Shown here piece after piece: positions 1-13,253 of a DNA stretch of 64,000 nt. A program made the position numbers and the translations under genes. The stretch lies in NCBI RefSeq assembly GCF_009914755.1, contig NC_060931.1. One strand, 5' to 3'. This DNA is from the human T2T-CHM13v2.0 reference genome, Homo sapiens. The notes below the pieces were generated by a model. It had not been told where the DNA came from. It did not search any database and saw nothing but the letters and a program-made list of their open reading frames with translations. Position 1 is the stretch's first letter. Each line of letters opens with the position of its first letter.

Positions 1-859
1 CATGAAGATTCTGTGTCACTGAGGCCCTTAGCACATGAGTTTTCTCAACTACAGAGAGAGAAACATCACAGACTTCCTCACATGGGTAAAAAGCAACATA
101 AAGTGTTCTGGGAGGCAGCATGGCGCTGCGGGGGAGAAGGGTGGACTCTGGATCCAGAGAACTCGGCTTGCATCTTATCTCCAAGGCTTATTAGCTGGGT
201 GACCTTAGGTAACCGAGGAAGCTCAGGTAAACTCTATGGCCAATATGATGCACTCCCATCCCTCGGATGGAGAGATGGGAGAGACTGTGCTCCTGGAACC
301 AGGATCCAGGCTGTCCGTGCAAAGCTGCCACCAGGTCAGGCTTGCCGGGTCAGCAGGCATGGAGGAGGAGGCTGAGCCAGTGTCACGGGGATGGTGGTAC
401 CTCTGCCTTCGAACCTCCCACTAAACCTCCCATTGGCAGAACCCTACCACAATCCGGGTGTCCTGGGTTCCTGAGAAGCATGGCTTGTGTGGTTTGGAGT
501 CAGTGGGGGAGACAAGAGATCTGTTGGAAACGAGACCCAGGACAGGCTGACATCTTAGCTCCTTTAATGCTTTATTGGTGAGAGCTATTACTATGCTCAT
601 TTTAAAAGGGAGGGACCTGGGACCCAGAGAAGGAAAGGACTGTCCCAGGTGTGAAGCTGGTTGCAGCAAAGCCAAGGCAGAACCCCTGTTTCCTTCATCC
701 TGTAGGCCAAAGTGTCTCTACTTATAATTGACACAATAAAGCCAGGGCACCACACACACACATACGCACACACACTTGTGACTGTCTTACACTTGTACCA
801 CTACTTTTATGTAAACCCGGGTGTTCTTGTTTAAATAGGCACTCTCTCATTGGTCTAAA

Positions 860-1085
860 AAATAGTTAACATTGATATGAACTTACATGTGCCAAGAACC
901 ACGTTAAGCTCTTTGCCTGGTTCTCGTATTTAATCTTCATAAGAACCTTGTCAGGACTACTATTACTCCCTTTAACAGATGAGAAGACCGAGGCACAGAG
1001 AGGCTGCACAACTGAACCAAGACTCCACACCTGCTGTAGTCAGATGAGGCCACAGTTGAATTCCTGCAGTCTGGCTCCTGAAGGC
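860..1085. mobile_element. MIR; further MIR-like relics at ~43690-43830, 48930-49110, 52680-52870 and 55730-55930
   Basis: MIR core TTTAATCTTCAT...TTTAACAGATGAGAAGACCGAGGCACAGAGAGG. Confidence 0.65.
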
Positions 1086-1387
1086 ACCTGAGAGAATGTC
1101 CTGGACTCAAACACAGGTACAGAGCATCTCTAACAGCTGTAGCCAGATGCATATCAGTTGATGAAAAGAGCATGGCTTAAGTAACTTCAGGATTAGAAAC
1201 TTGTAATACCAGTTTCTCCTAGGGCTGCAAGGAATGATTTCCCGAATGCCTACTGAGGACCACAGGGGCACCGCAGCTTCCACGGTGCCTTGTTTGCTTA
1301 TAGATCATGTTCGTTACAAATGGTAACCAGAAAGAGAAAGGGTTTGGGCAGCTCTTGGCTGGAGGTGAGACCGTGGCCAAGCCCCCT

Positions 1388-1738
1388 ATCTTAGTCCCTT
1401 TGGGCTACTATAAAAAGTACTATAGACTGGGCAGCTTATAAACAACAGACAATGATTTCTTAGAGTTCTGAGGCTGGAAGTCCAAGATTAAGGCCCCGGC
1501 AGATTTGGTATCTGGTGAGGCTTGTTTCTCATAGACATAGCCTTCTCTCTATGTCCTCACATGGTGAAAGGGGTGATGGGTCTCTCTAGGGTCTCTTTTA
1601 TAAGGTTACTCATTCCATTCATGAGGGCTCTGACTTCATGACCTAATCATCTCTCAAAGTTCCTATTTCCTAATACATTGCAGGCAAGGATTTCAACATA
1701 GGAATGTTGGGAGAAACACACACGTCCACTCCATTGCA
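1388..1738. mobile_element. MaLR solo LTR (MLT1A/MST-like)
   Basis: Characteristic motifs GCTTATAAACAACAGA, GGCTGGAAGTCCAAGAT, TCATGACCTAATCA. Confidence 0.75.
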
Positions 1739-4518
1739 GCTCCACTTGCAATCTGTACCATGGCCATCATCCTAGGCACCACACAAAACCATGAAGAGAG
1801 TACAAGATAATTACAAAGTAGATGCTCGAAGCATAGCATTTCACTCTCCACACCTGTGCAAATTCAGGAGGAATCAAATCCATCATCTCAAGGGAGTTTC
1901 TGTCCAGAAAGGAACTCCTGTAAGGGACTTTGCACTGGGTCCTAAGTCCCACTCCGCCCAGCTGGCCTCCTTGGCGAGATTGGTCTGCGTTGGAAAATGG
2001 AACTGCCACAATCAAGTGGAGCTATGCTTTCAGCACTACAATTCCACAGGACAGTCCTCCTCCTCCTCCTCCTCATGAAGAATAGAAAGAATGGTGGATT
2101 TGCATTCAGAGAAAACAGCTTGAGCCCATAGCTCTGCGGCAAGAGGCATGCAGCTGCTGGCTGACGTCTTGGAGTCTCTGAGTCTGTTTCTTTACTTATA
2201 AAATGGGGCCGCAAGCTCATGCAGGCAGAGAGCACTTTGGACTGTAAACCTGTGTCTAGCAATTATTATTATTGATGCTACAAAAGACAGGCAGAAGCCT
2301 CTTCTCCTGAGGTAGCATAAGAGAAAAGGGAGAAATTTTCTACAACAAACAAAGATCAAAATTCAGGGGAAAGCCTTGCTCCTCTGCTGACATGAAGGAG
2401 GAAGGAGCTTTGTGCAGCTGTTTCTTATTCATTCCCTGTTTAATAAACAATGCTCTGTCAAAGTAGATTCTTGGCCAACAATTATCCGTGAAAAGGAGCC
2501 ATAGAGAAGTTTGTCTTGGTTTTCAGTTTTCCTCCCATGGAAAGATGCTACTTCCACTCATATCTCTGTAACCATTCTGTGACCTTAGTTAATGCTGGCT
2601 GGAAAAATTCATAACTTGAGCAATTTCCAAAGACAAAAAAGAATGCCAAGGACATGAAACTGATTGATATTATTCCATTTTAGTCCTGACCGTAGACAAT
2701 TCAAATAGTTGGAATGAGGATGTGTGTATGACTGGGGATCCTTTTTTCACTTGACATTTTTCCTTTATGCCTAATTACAAGGTGCAGAATTTCCTTAACA
2801 TAACGCTCCTATTTGCACTTATTAAGGGCTGCTGAGTGGGGATTTCACCGTGTTCCTATGACACCATCCATCCCCACTTTGCCTGTTAGCTGTTTGCTGT
2901 TATGGGCAGCACCGTCATGAGTAGATGCCACCCCACCATCACCATATAGGTCGCACCTATTGGGTCTGTCTCTCAAAGATATTAATTCCCCAGTGGAATT
3001 GAGACATGTGAGTTGTACAGTTCTTTTTGCGTGTTGTCAATTTCTTTTTGAAAAACTGGAATGATACAGAAATGTCACCCACCATCAGGCATTGAGCATA
3101 GACACTCCATCTCTGTAAGCTTTGCTCCTTCATTCACATTTTAACTTTAAACCTTAAAACATTCAAATTTTATTATTTTCATTCATGGTTGCTAATTTTG
3201 AAAGTTTATATGATAACTACTAGGTAATTTTAACTTTTCTCCTTTGTTTTCATTTTATTGAAGAGTTATGTCAGAAGAAACTTTTCAGAAATCACCCCCC
3301 CCTTACAAATTTTTTCCCTTATTTTTTCTCAATTCTTTCCCCCTTTCTCTTGCAGTCACATTAATAGTTCACAAGAGATCATAACCATCTGCCTTTGCTA
3401 TTGGCTTGAGACAATTCGAATTATGTTCTAGTTGGTTGCTTCTTTTCATCATAGTCATAATATCCAGTGCCCATGACATGTCCTGGTTTACCGTCTATTA
3501 CAAACACAGGACACCTGCACTGTGAATCTATTTAGTATGCTTTGGTACACTCTTTGGGGAGTCCTTATGAGCCAATTTGGTGGTAAATATTGACTTCTAC
3601 ATTCACAGTGAATGCTTCCCTATTCCTTATATTGAACAGCTGCTGGCCTGGGGCCTGGTGTTGCTAAGAAGCCTGCACTTGAGGTGCCCCCCTCCAAGAA
3701 AAAATCCTGAGAATCTGTTGAACTTTGGTTGCCACATCCTATTGTCCAAGAAACCAAACAAATCAGCAGTGCTCAAGCTCCTGATAAGCTCGTGGTATAC
3801 ATTATCTCACTGAACACGCTCACAACACTGCCAGGCCAGTAGAGTTATTGCTGTTTAACTTGACCACAGCCACACAGCCAGTAAGTGAAGGAGTGGGTGC
3901 TGGTGTTCTGAAGCCAGCATTTTCCTAACACACCTTTGGCCTGGGAATCCACTTACACCTCCACTGTCAGCTGCCTGTGTCCTCACCATGGCCAGAGATG
4001 AGACCACAGGACTCTAAACAGGGCTCTCACTGGGGATGGGGAAGGTGGTGCCTGCAACCCAGAGTGTGGTCCAGGGCTCCTGCCTGGTTCACTGCACATG
4101 AGAGAACAGGGGAATGTGGCTTCGGGTGGGAGTGCTGAGCCCGCAGACACACGTCTGCCTCCACCCACCTGGGCTGATCCCAACAGAAACAGGCAGAGGC
4201 TCAACAAACTCTGCTGCCCTCCATGCCCCAAGAGAAGTGCCTCTCCTCTACCTCCTCCAAAGCAGAAGAAATGTTGAATAGTTGCCATATACAGGGCAGC
4301 AGTGTAAGCCCTTTACCTATATCCTCCTAAACTTCACATCAGCTCTGCAAAGTAGCAGCCTGATCCCCTTTACAGCAATGCGAAGAGGCTGAGGGAAGCA
4401 TGCAGCAGGCACGGAGCTCCTCTCAGCCCGCACAGCTCAGAAATGGCTTTCACACTTGCCTCTGTACAAACCAGAAGACCAGGACCCTCTGCTGTCTCTC
4501 AACACAGTGGGATTCTAA

Positions 4519-4943
<425 letters not shown>

Positions 4944-6230
4944 CGCAGAACACTTCTTTTAAAATACCCGCATAGTGTGGTTTTCCTAGAGCCGTTCCCT
5001 AAACTTAACTGCTGACTCAAGTTGAGTGTCTGAAAATAAAACCTTCAGAATAATCAACATCTTGAAGAGCAGAAAACAAAAGTAATTAGATCCCCCAGGC
5101 TATCTCTTTGAATTTGTGGCAAGGGGAGTTAAGGGGGATTTATTTTAATTATTTTCTTCACACTGGCTGTGTGTAGACGCCCACCTAGCGTGTGCCCAGA
5201 AGACAGGAAGAAAAGAAACTGCTGAGAATGGCTTGATTTTGTTTCCTTCAGAACCATCCAGACACCCCTTAACTTGCTCTGTGGTCAGCCATCCAGGATG
5301 CCTGTGTTCTAGTCTGGGGTCACCGCACGCTGCCAGCAGGACTCCGGTGCCCCCAGCAAAAGGAGTGTTTTTCTCTGGCACCCTTGACAAACCAACAGAG
5401 GACCAGCTTTTGTGCAGTGATTGTCACCTTTTGGAGGGGAAACTCTGCTTATCTGAATGAGAAATTTTCGCAAGGAGCCTCGCCCTTGGAGTCTTCAAGA
5501 GAGAAACAAGCTTGTGGGAAGAACCCATGTCACCTGCCTGAATTTCGCTTGGAAACTGAAGAAAACAGGCTGTGGAGGGCGCAGCAGACCACTCAGCAGC
5601 ATTTTCAGTGACCTCACACTTTCCTCCCTTATTCACAATAGAGCTCTCATTTATTGAGCACCTATTGTGTGCCCGCCCCTTTATAAAATCAAACCTGGTT
5701 TTTACTATGATCTGGGGGAGGATGCTGTTAATTAGCTCCTCTCCTTCACGTCTGAGGAAGGAAAGGCGGCCAGGGAGGTGTGCATCTGAATGCAAACCTG
5801 AGTCTGTGGGGCTGCATAGCCTCCTTCTTTCCCACCCATCGTGTGGCCTCCACGGTCTCTACATGCACATGAGCCAGTCTGGAAAATAATTTCCACTCAC
5901 TTAGTTATGTTGCTGTCATGGCTCTAGGAATGTGGCCTAAAAAGCAATCCAAAGTTTCAGATTCTCTGCCTGACCTGTTGCTTGCAGATAGCACAAAAAA
6001 GCAAGCCGACCTAGGTTGGTGCCTATTTTCTTGAAAAGTTCCTGTAAACCCTGTGTCACCTGCACACACTGAATGCTCAGCTGTCCCTGTCAGCCGAACC
6101 TCCTTCCTCCTGCAGGAGGAGAATTCAGCACAGCTAGAATCAACCGGCAAACCTCCCACCCCAAACCCCAGGGTCACGGCCATCCAGAGAGCTGGACGCG
6201 TGAGCCATGAGGACAAAGAGCAGTACTCAC

Positions 6231-6290
6231 AGGCAGCCGGGAGTGACTTGCTCTCTGTCCTCTCTCTCTCCTCTCCACAGTGACAGTTAA
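6231..6290 (-). other. DDC: DDC neuronal-type non-coding first exon (5' end approximate)
   Basis: Minus strand reads ...GGAGAGAGAGAGGACAGAGAGCAAGTCACTCCCGGCTGCCT|gtgagt, which I recognise as the DDC 5' UTR; consensus donor; GA repeat within the exon. Confidence 0.88.
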
Positions 6291-6299
6291 GAGGCACAG

Positions 6300-6385
6300 A
6301 AGATGTGATTGCCATTTATGTAGACAGAGTGTCTGCCTCCCCGAAGCCAATCAGAGCTGCCGGCTCTGCATTATTTACTGAGCAG
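6300..6385 (-). promoter_or_regulatory. DDC: DDC neuronal core promoter: CATAAAT TATA-like box (6320-6314), CCAAT/NF-Y box (6347-6351), overlapping octamer-like/forkhead element TGCATTATTTAC (6367-6378)
   Basis: Motifs seen at canonical spacing upstream of the exon; consistent with the described NF-Y/POU/HNF-3 element of the AADC neuronal promoter. Confidence 0.75.
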
Positions 6386-7064
6386 CATCCCTCCACCCTC
6401 CCACCACCTCCTGCCCCCACTCTGCCCCCAGGGGGAGAGAGCCATCCTAGCAGGATGGAGAGGAGCATCAGGGCCTGCTGGGACTGGCGAGAGGCCAAGG
6501 AAAAAATGGGCCCTGTGTTCCCAGGCACTGTGTAGGATGCAGATTTGGGGCCAGGGCTCCTGGGACTCTCCCAGCAACTTTGAGAACGACCAGGCTCCAC
6601 TCCAAGGGTGAGGAAGGGACGGCGTGGCATTTGGGGAGTGCTCACTCTGGGTCTGCTCCTTCTGTGAGGGACTATTAGGACCCTGTGATACCCGGGAGGC
6701 TCAGGGTCCCAAGCCCACTTCCCCAGATGAGAAAGTGAAGTGAGATGTAGATTAGGTGTTGAGCCGCATGCATCTCAAACTCCTGTGCTGTTACCCTTAA
6801 GCCTATCAGCATCTAAAACATGGTTTGGGCTCAGTCTCTCCTCCCACCATGGGGCAGCAACAGGGAGGATCATCTTCCCCACCTCCACCCCTCCCCCCAC
6901 TCCTGGTTGATGGGTGCAATAGAAGGAGCAGGACTCCGTTTCTCCTGAAGGTGCACGCAGAGTCATGTGAAGCTAGGAAAGGGGCCTGGGCTTTGCAGAG
7001 GAGGAAGAGTGGAGAACAGGGTCCACTCAGATGACGAGCAGCCTGCAGGTGCCCCTGCCCCGAC

Positions 7065-7245
7065 CACACACACATGCACACACACCATGCACACTTATGC
7101 ATGCACACACATACACAAGCATACATGCATGCATGTTTATACACACTACACACGTACAATAGCACATGCATATATGCATGCATACCACACACACATGCAC
7201 ACACACACATACCTAAGTGCATGCATACACACACATACACATACC
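7065..7245. repeat. Degenerate (CA)/(CATG)n purine-pyrimidine tract upstream of the DDC neuronal promoter
   Basis: Visible low-complexity alternating tract. Confidence 0.9.
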
Positions 7246-8101
7246 ACATCCAGGGCTTGTGGCACAGTCCAGAGCTAGAAATTCCCCAAGGAGAGCCATC
7301 CATCCTCTGACTTTAAGCAGCATCTTTTCAAGGAAGAAGCTACCCCTCTAGAGCAGAGATCCCCATGGAACTGGGACAGAGGCAGCGGCCTTCCAGGCAG
7401 CAGAACGTGCCATGAGTGCAGGGGCTGCAGGGCGGGGACCTGGCAGGTGGTACAAGTGAGGGGATCCTGGTCTCAGCCTGTGCATAAGCAGCTCCCTCCA
7501 GCAGCCGTGCAGGGACCTGCAGGCAGCAGCCACGTGGACAATGGAGGCAGTAAGGAGATTAGGCCCCATCTGCACAGAGGGCAAGATGGGAGCTGCCCAA
7601 GCGTCACCATCCAGGGGGAGCCAGAAGCCAGCAGCAAGGTGGCTCATCCCCCCAAACACTGTGAGTTCAGCCATGACCACAGAGGAGAGGCAGGCCCCAG
7701 CCGTGAGCATTGGAGGTCTGTGGGAGGGGACAGTGTCAAGCTGGACAGCCAGGCACTTCTTGAGCTGAAACTCCTCTGTCCTGAGGAATACAGACTCCCA
7801 CTTTCTTGCCCCTGGCAATGCACCCATGAGAAAGAGCCCTGGTCAGGGAGGACTGGCCAGGAGCTTGGGGGCTGCAGTGGGTGACTGAGCACAGGGCTCC
7901 TACAGGGCGGAGCTGGGGCTGCACTGCTCCCTGGATGTGTGCCCTTCACCCTGCACACGGCTTGGGCTACACACCAGGGGGACACAGGTATGAGGAGGTG
8001 CTGATATTTTATTATCATTTATGTATAAATAGTATTTAATCTCTATTTTGTTTTTCTTTGATACATGAGTTATTCAGTAGCTATTAAAAAAATGTCCAGA
8101 C

Positions 8102-8433
<332 letters not shown>

Positions 8434-8814
8434 TTAATTGAATTCTAATTTAATTAATTGGATTGAATTGCAGTCAGAGAACATGTTGGTGTGAGAGCAG
8501 TTCTCTGATAGATGTTGACATTTGCATAATGCCACTTAAGACACTTAAGAAAGTGTATTTTCTAATTTTTAGGTATTTGATTCCATATATGTCCAATAAA
8601 GCAAGATGATTACTTTTGTCTTTGAAATTTTCTAAATGTTTACTAATGTTTTGTTTGCTAAATCTATCATCCAGTTTACTATAATTGGTAAAGATGGTGG
8701 ATTTGTTGATTTCTCTCCATAGTTGAACCAAGATTTTCTTTATATATTTAAGGCTCTATGTATCTTTAAAACTGCAACATATTCTTGGCAGAGTAAAACT
8801 TTCATAATTTTATT

Positions 8815-9117
8815 TTATTATTATTATTATTTCTTGAGACAGAGTCTCACTCTGTCACCCAGGCTGAAGTGCAGTGACTCGATCTCGGCTCACCGCAACC
8901 TCCGCCTCCCACGCTCAAGTGATTATCCTGCCTCAGCCTCGTAAGTAGCTGGGACTACAGGTGCATGCCACCACACCTGGCTAATTTTTGTATTTTTATT
9001 GGAAATGAGGTCTCACCATGTTGCCCAGGCTGGTCTCAAACTCCTGAGCACAAGTGATCTGCCCGCCTTAGCCTCCCCAAATGCTGGGATTACAGGCGTG
9101 AGCCACAGCACCCAGCC
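8815..9117 (-). mobile_element. Alu (AluJ-like) with (TTA)n-derived tail
   Basis: CTCAAACTCCTGAGCACAAG J-type diagnostics; embedded in old L1-like AT-rich sequence. Confidence 0.9.
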
Positions 9118-9782
9118 CTCATTTTATATAATAATTTATTTATTTATTGAGTTGATTACTCAATTGACCTTGTTAAAATGTGAAAACTCCGCTCTTCTTC
9201 CACATCTTACCTGCATTCAATATTCCTGAGACTCTCCCCTTTCCTGGAGACCAGGGTGGCGTGAAGCTCAGGGGTGGCACTGTAGGCAGATGGCTGTGTC
9301 TCTTCAAACTTATTTAGTAATTTTTAAGAGTCTGAAAATTATGATTTAAATATTAAGCAGCACCAACATGTCCCTGGTTTCAAAAATGTCACATATCCAC
9401 TTTGCCAGGACTTCCAGGGTAGAGTTCTATAGGGTCATCTTCATCCTACACCGCATCCAGATAAGCACAGGGAGCAAGGCTGAATGCTGGAGGGACTTAC
9501 CCCAGCCACGGGAGCAGCGCTTGTCGCCCTGGACCTACACACTGGATTGCTTGGCTGCCCGACAGCACCAAGTGCAAACGGGCTACATTCACATTTCGTC
9601 TCTGCCAGCTGCAAGATCTTATGCCATCCTCCTCCCCTCCTCTGGCTGTTTGCTCACTTGTGAAATGGGGATGTGACTGGAGGTGAAGAAGGCAAACCTT
9701 CTAGACAGAGCCCAATGTAAACTGACCACTCAGAAGTAATGGTTTTAACTCACGCATGATGGAGAGCAATGATTTCCATCGA

Positions 9783-9893
9783 TTAAGCTTTGATTCTTAT
9801 ATACTTCCGACAACAGACTTAAAACCAGGAGAACTTCGACTCCTCGAAGTCGATAACCGAACAATTCTCCCAATAGAAATTCCTATCCGCATA
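9783..9893 (+). pseudogene. NUMT: nuclear fragment of mitochondrial COX2 (MT-CO2-like)
   Basis: 37 open codons in the mitochondrial code: [37 protein letters not shown]; COX2 signature [12 protein letters not shown]; A/C-rich third positions typical of mtDNA. Confidence 0.9.
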
Positions 9894-10500
9894 TGTTTTC
9901 AGATGGGAATTGTACTCAGCATGGCAAGTTGGTGGGAAAGATCTTCTAATTCTCCTCAAATCACACTGCATAGGTAGACACCAAATTGACCTCTAAGTAA
10001 ACTATAACATACACCAAAAGGAGAGAGCCCTGACGGAGCCTCAGATGTTATAAAGGGAAGGGCAGAGTTCACATTTACTAATCACCTCCATAAAATCATG
10101 GGATTTAATCCTCACAAGGTAGATACTAAGAAAATCCTCATTTACAGAAGAAACAGAGGCTGGGGGAATAAAATACCCAACACCATCCCTGGTGGTGCAT
10201 GGAAAAAATAGAATCACATCTGGCCCGCATTTGCTACTGAGCCAGTCATGAAATCATTCCCAGCACCTATCAAACATGTGTCACTGGAGTGACTGTGTGT
10301 GCATGGAGAGCCACCAAGTGCACAGCCCCCACTGAACAAAAACCCCTGCCAGCCTGCAGCAGAAGAGAAAGCACCACACAAGCTCCCTCAAGTGAGTTAA
10401 CCTTTAAGCAAATGTTCAGTAACATGGGGCCAGAGAGTCAAGGTACATGTTGCTGTTTTCCACTACTACAATCTGAGTAGGTATAAAATCAGAGACTTAC

Positions 10501-10620
10501 ATGCTGGAAATTCGAATTCCTTACAGGGCTACTCTCCTTGATGGGATTCTCCAACTTTGGGGACTGAAGAGCATGTGGAGAAGCTGCTGAGGCACTCGGC
10601 ACTGAGACAGTCACTCTTCT
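10501..10620 (-). other. DDC: DDC non-neuronal (liver-type) non-coding first exon (5' end approximate)
   Basis: Minus strand ...AAGGAATTCGAATTTCCAGCAT|gtaagt, recognised as the non-neuronal AADC 5' UTR end; ~4.2 kb upstream of the neuronal exon. Confidence 0.82.
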
Positions 10621-10674
10621 TGAAACTCCAAGCCACACGTTTCCCTCTTCTTGCATTTCCAGCCACATGTGCCA

Positions 10675-10708
10675 GTTAAACATTAATTCCTGATGGTGAC
10701 AAAGGTCA
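10675..10708. promoter_or_regulatory. DDC: DDC non-neuronal promoter: HNF1 site GTTAAACATTAAT (10675-10687) and DR1/HNF4-like GTGACAAAGGTCA (10696-10708)
   Basis: Near match to the HNF1 palindrome GTTAATNATTAAC; DR1 with CAAAG core; HNF1 is an established regulator of this promoter. Confidence 0.72.
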
Positions 10709-12603
10709 AGGAAATCTTGAGAAATAGCTCGCCTCTGGGAATCCTGAGAGCACATTCTGAAGAGACTGTTTCATTCCAAATCCTGGAAGCTTGGATCTTT
10801 CTTATGTAATTCTACATACATCCCATCTTTTACTAAGCAGCCCTGATTTCAAGTTTGGAGCCCATTAAGTCATCTGATATGTTCCAGCCCTGCACCAGGT
10901 GATGCCTGCATTGCACACAGCCTCCTGCCCCTGAAGGCAGCCCCAAAGTAAGCCTGCACTTCCCGGTGCAGCACTCAGCAATATGGGTAAGATTTCCAGG
11001 TTCAGATATCAGCAGAACCCAGGAACTCACCTTCCTTCCCCAAACCCATCAAAATCATAGTTGAGATGCATGAAACAATACTCTGAGTGGAATTTGGACA
11101 AATTTATAAAAAAACCCCAAAGTCGATAGAATTTTATGAGAGCACAAAGCAGGGCTGAGAAAGCCACATTGAGAAGTTGAGCAGGCACAGCCTGCAGGGA
11201 TCTTAGGAGCTGGTCTTTCTGGCAGACCCCCAGCAGCTCCAAGCGTGGGGCTCAGTGGGTGTGAAGAGCAGAGTGAGAGTGAGGCTGGCTGCGGGCAGCT
11301 CATTAAAGGACTGGAAACAAGGCAGAGAGGGCTGTCACTAGAGCCATTTGTCACAGGCTAGATGCAGGGAAGAGCTCTCCTTGCTCTATCCTAGGGGACT
11401 GGAGCAGGCTGGGGCGGGGCACCTAGGGTTCCTATTGTTAGGACTGGAACTGGAGAGAGAAGCAGAGTGACATTGAGGAGTCTCAAAACCTCCACAGGAG
11501 CCATTGGAGGAAAGAGGGAAAAGAGAAAGAATGGCAAGTGAGCCCTCCAATGACGCACACCCAAATGCTCCAGCCTGGGGTCTCACAGGAGCTGAGAACC
11601 GAAGAAGTGATTGTCCTTGGTAAGGGGAAGAGTGAGGGAAGGGCTCCAAAGAGGGAACAGCCTCTGCAAAGTTACTGAGGATCAAGCTCGGCATCTCCCA
11701 GGCCCTGACAGAAGGCCAACTCCTAAGGACCATTCAAAGTAGGGGAGGGGGAGTCTTGCAAGCCACGTTACGTAATTTGTATCCCCCCAACTGTAATAGA
11801 AGGCATTGAAGTGTTTCTAGAAAGCAGTAACCTTAGCTTACTTATGGTTTAAGATCACTCTGGCTCTGGGGTAGAAAATGGATCAGAGGGAGATAAGGGT
11901 GAAAGGGTTAGACCCTTTAAGTTGGACCACCAATTCCCACCACATTCCTTGGATTTCTGCACTTTCCTGCAAACCAGGAGTGAATTCAAGTGAATCCATT
12001 CTAGGAGATGGGCTGGGGGAGGGAGGGGGGGCTTGAGATGAAGAAGCGTGCTAATATTCCCCATAAGTGCGTGTGTGTGTGTGCATGTTAGGAGGTTGCT
12101 GGACAAGGGGAGGAGTCAAGGGGATGGAACGACTACCCAGTGATGAAGCCAGTGGGCAGGGGATGACGGTCATAGACTGAGAGGAAGAAGACTGGGGTGG
12201 ACCAGTATTGGGTGTGGGGAGGTGAAGGACACCAAGGATTCAGTTTGGGAATTAAATTTCAGATATCCACAAATCGTGTGATTTGAGATGTCCAGTACAG
12301 CTCAGAAAAGAGGCCCAGACAGGAAATAAAGTTATGGGTTGAAAGTGTTTAGATGATATTTGAAGCAATAGGACTGGAAAAAAAACATCCATAGAGAAGA
12401 GAGACCTCAGTTTTGAAATCCTCAAAAAAGTGAACTAGTAGTGTCCAACTACTGAGCAACAGTTATCTCTCAATAGAGAAATCTACATAGGAATCAGCAT
12501 CCGTTCCCAGAAGGGACTCTTTTTACATTTCCTTTCTTCTTGCAGGTGTGGGATTTATGGGGAATAGGGGTGAGGCTTCGAGGACCAAAGAAAGAAATCT
12601 AGG

Positions 12604-13253
12604 GCAGGATTTCCCAACCATGGCACTTTATCAGTCAGGTTTCTCCAGAAAACTGGAAATAATAGGATATGGATATAGGAATATAAGAAGAGATTTATTG
12701 TAGAAATTGGCTCATGTGATTATGGAGGCTGGGAAGTCCCACAGTCTTCCATCTACAGGCCGGAGAACTAGATAAGCTGGTGGTGTAATTCATCCTGAGT
12801 TTGAAGGCCCAAGAGCAGGAGAAGATGGATATCCCAGCTCAAGAAGAGAAAGAATTTGCCCTTCATCCACCTTTTTGTTCTATTCTGGCACTCAACAAAC
12901 TGGATGTTACCAGCCCGCACTGGTGAGGATGGATCTTGTTTACTTTCTGGAGATTCCAATGCCAATCTCTTCCAGAAACACCCTCATGAACACAACCAGA
13001 AATCCTGCTTTACTGGCCCTCTGGGCATCTCTTAGCCCACTTCAGTCGACACATAACATTAACCATCCCAGCACTATTACATTAAGGGTGTATAATTCTC
13101 TGTGATGGGAGCTGTCCTGTGCATTATAGAATGTTTAGCAGCATCCGGCTTTTACTCATTAGGTGCCAGTAGTCCCCAGTTGTGACAACCAAGAATGTCT
13201 CCAGGCATTGCATGTTTCCTGGTGGCAAAATTGCCCCTGGTTGAGAATGGCTG
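12604..13253 (-). mobile_element. MER20 (hAT-Charlie) DNA transposon split by the MLT2 LTR
   Basis: CCCCAGTTGTGACAACCAAGAATGTCTCCAG...GCAAAATTGCCCCTGGTTGAGAA matches MER20 reverse complement. Confidence 0.78.
12628..13070. mobile_element. ERVL solo LTR (MLT2-like) inserted into MER20
   Basis: ATCAGTCAGGTTTCTCCAGA...GGCTCATGTGATTATGGAGGCTG...CATAACATTAACCATCCCA; 5-bp TSD GCACT (12623-12627 / 13071-13075). Confidence 0.8.

Noticed and set aside
6420-6440. CTCF-like motifs (GCCCCCAGGGGGAG here; GGCCTCTAGGGGC at ~40831)
   Set aside because: Only partial matches by eye; cannot be supported without a PWM scan or ChIP data.
6806-7310. Cys/Val/His-rich ORFs (also 59270-59659)
   Set aside because: Translations of (CA)/(TG) low-complexity tracts.
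9756-9977. 73-aa ORF containing the COX2 fragment as a novel microprotein
   Set aside because: Only the middle is mitochondrial; the flanking ATG and stop appear fortuitous, it is antisense to DDC, and no transcript evidence is visible.
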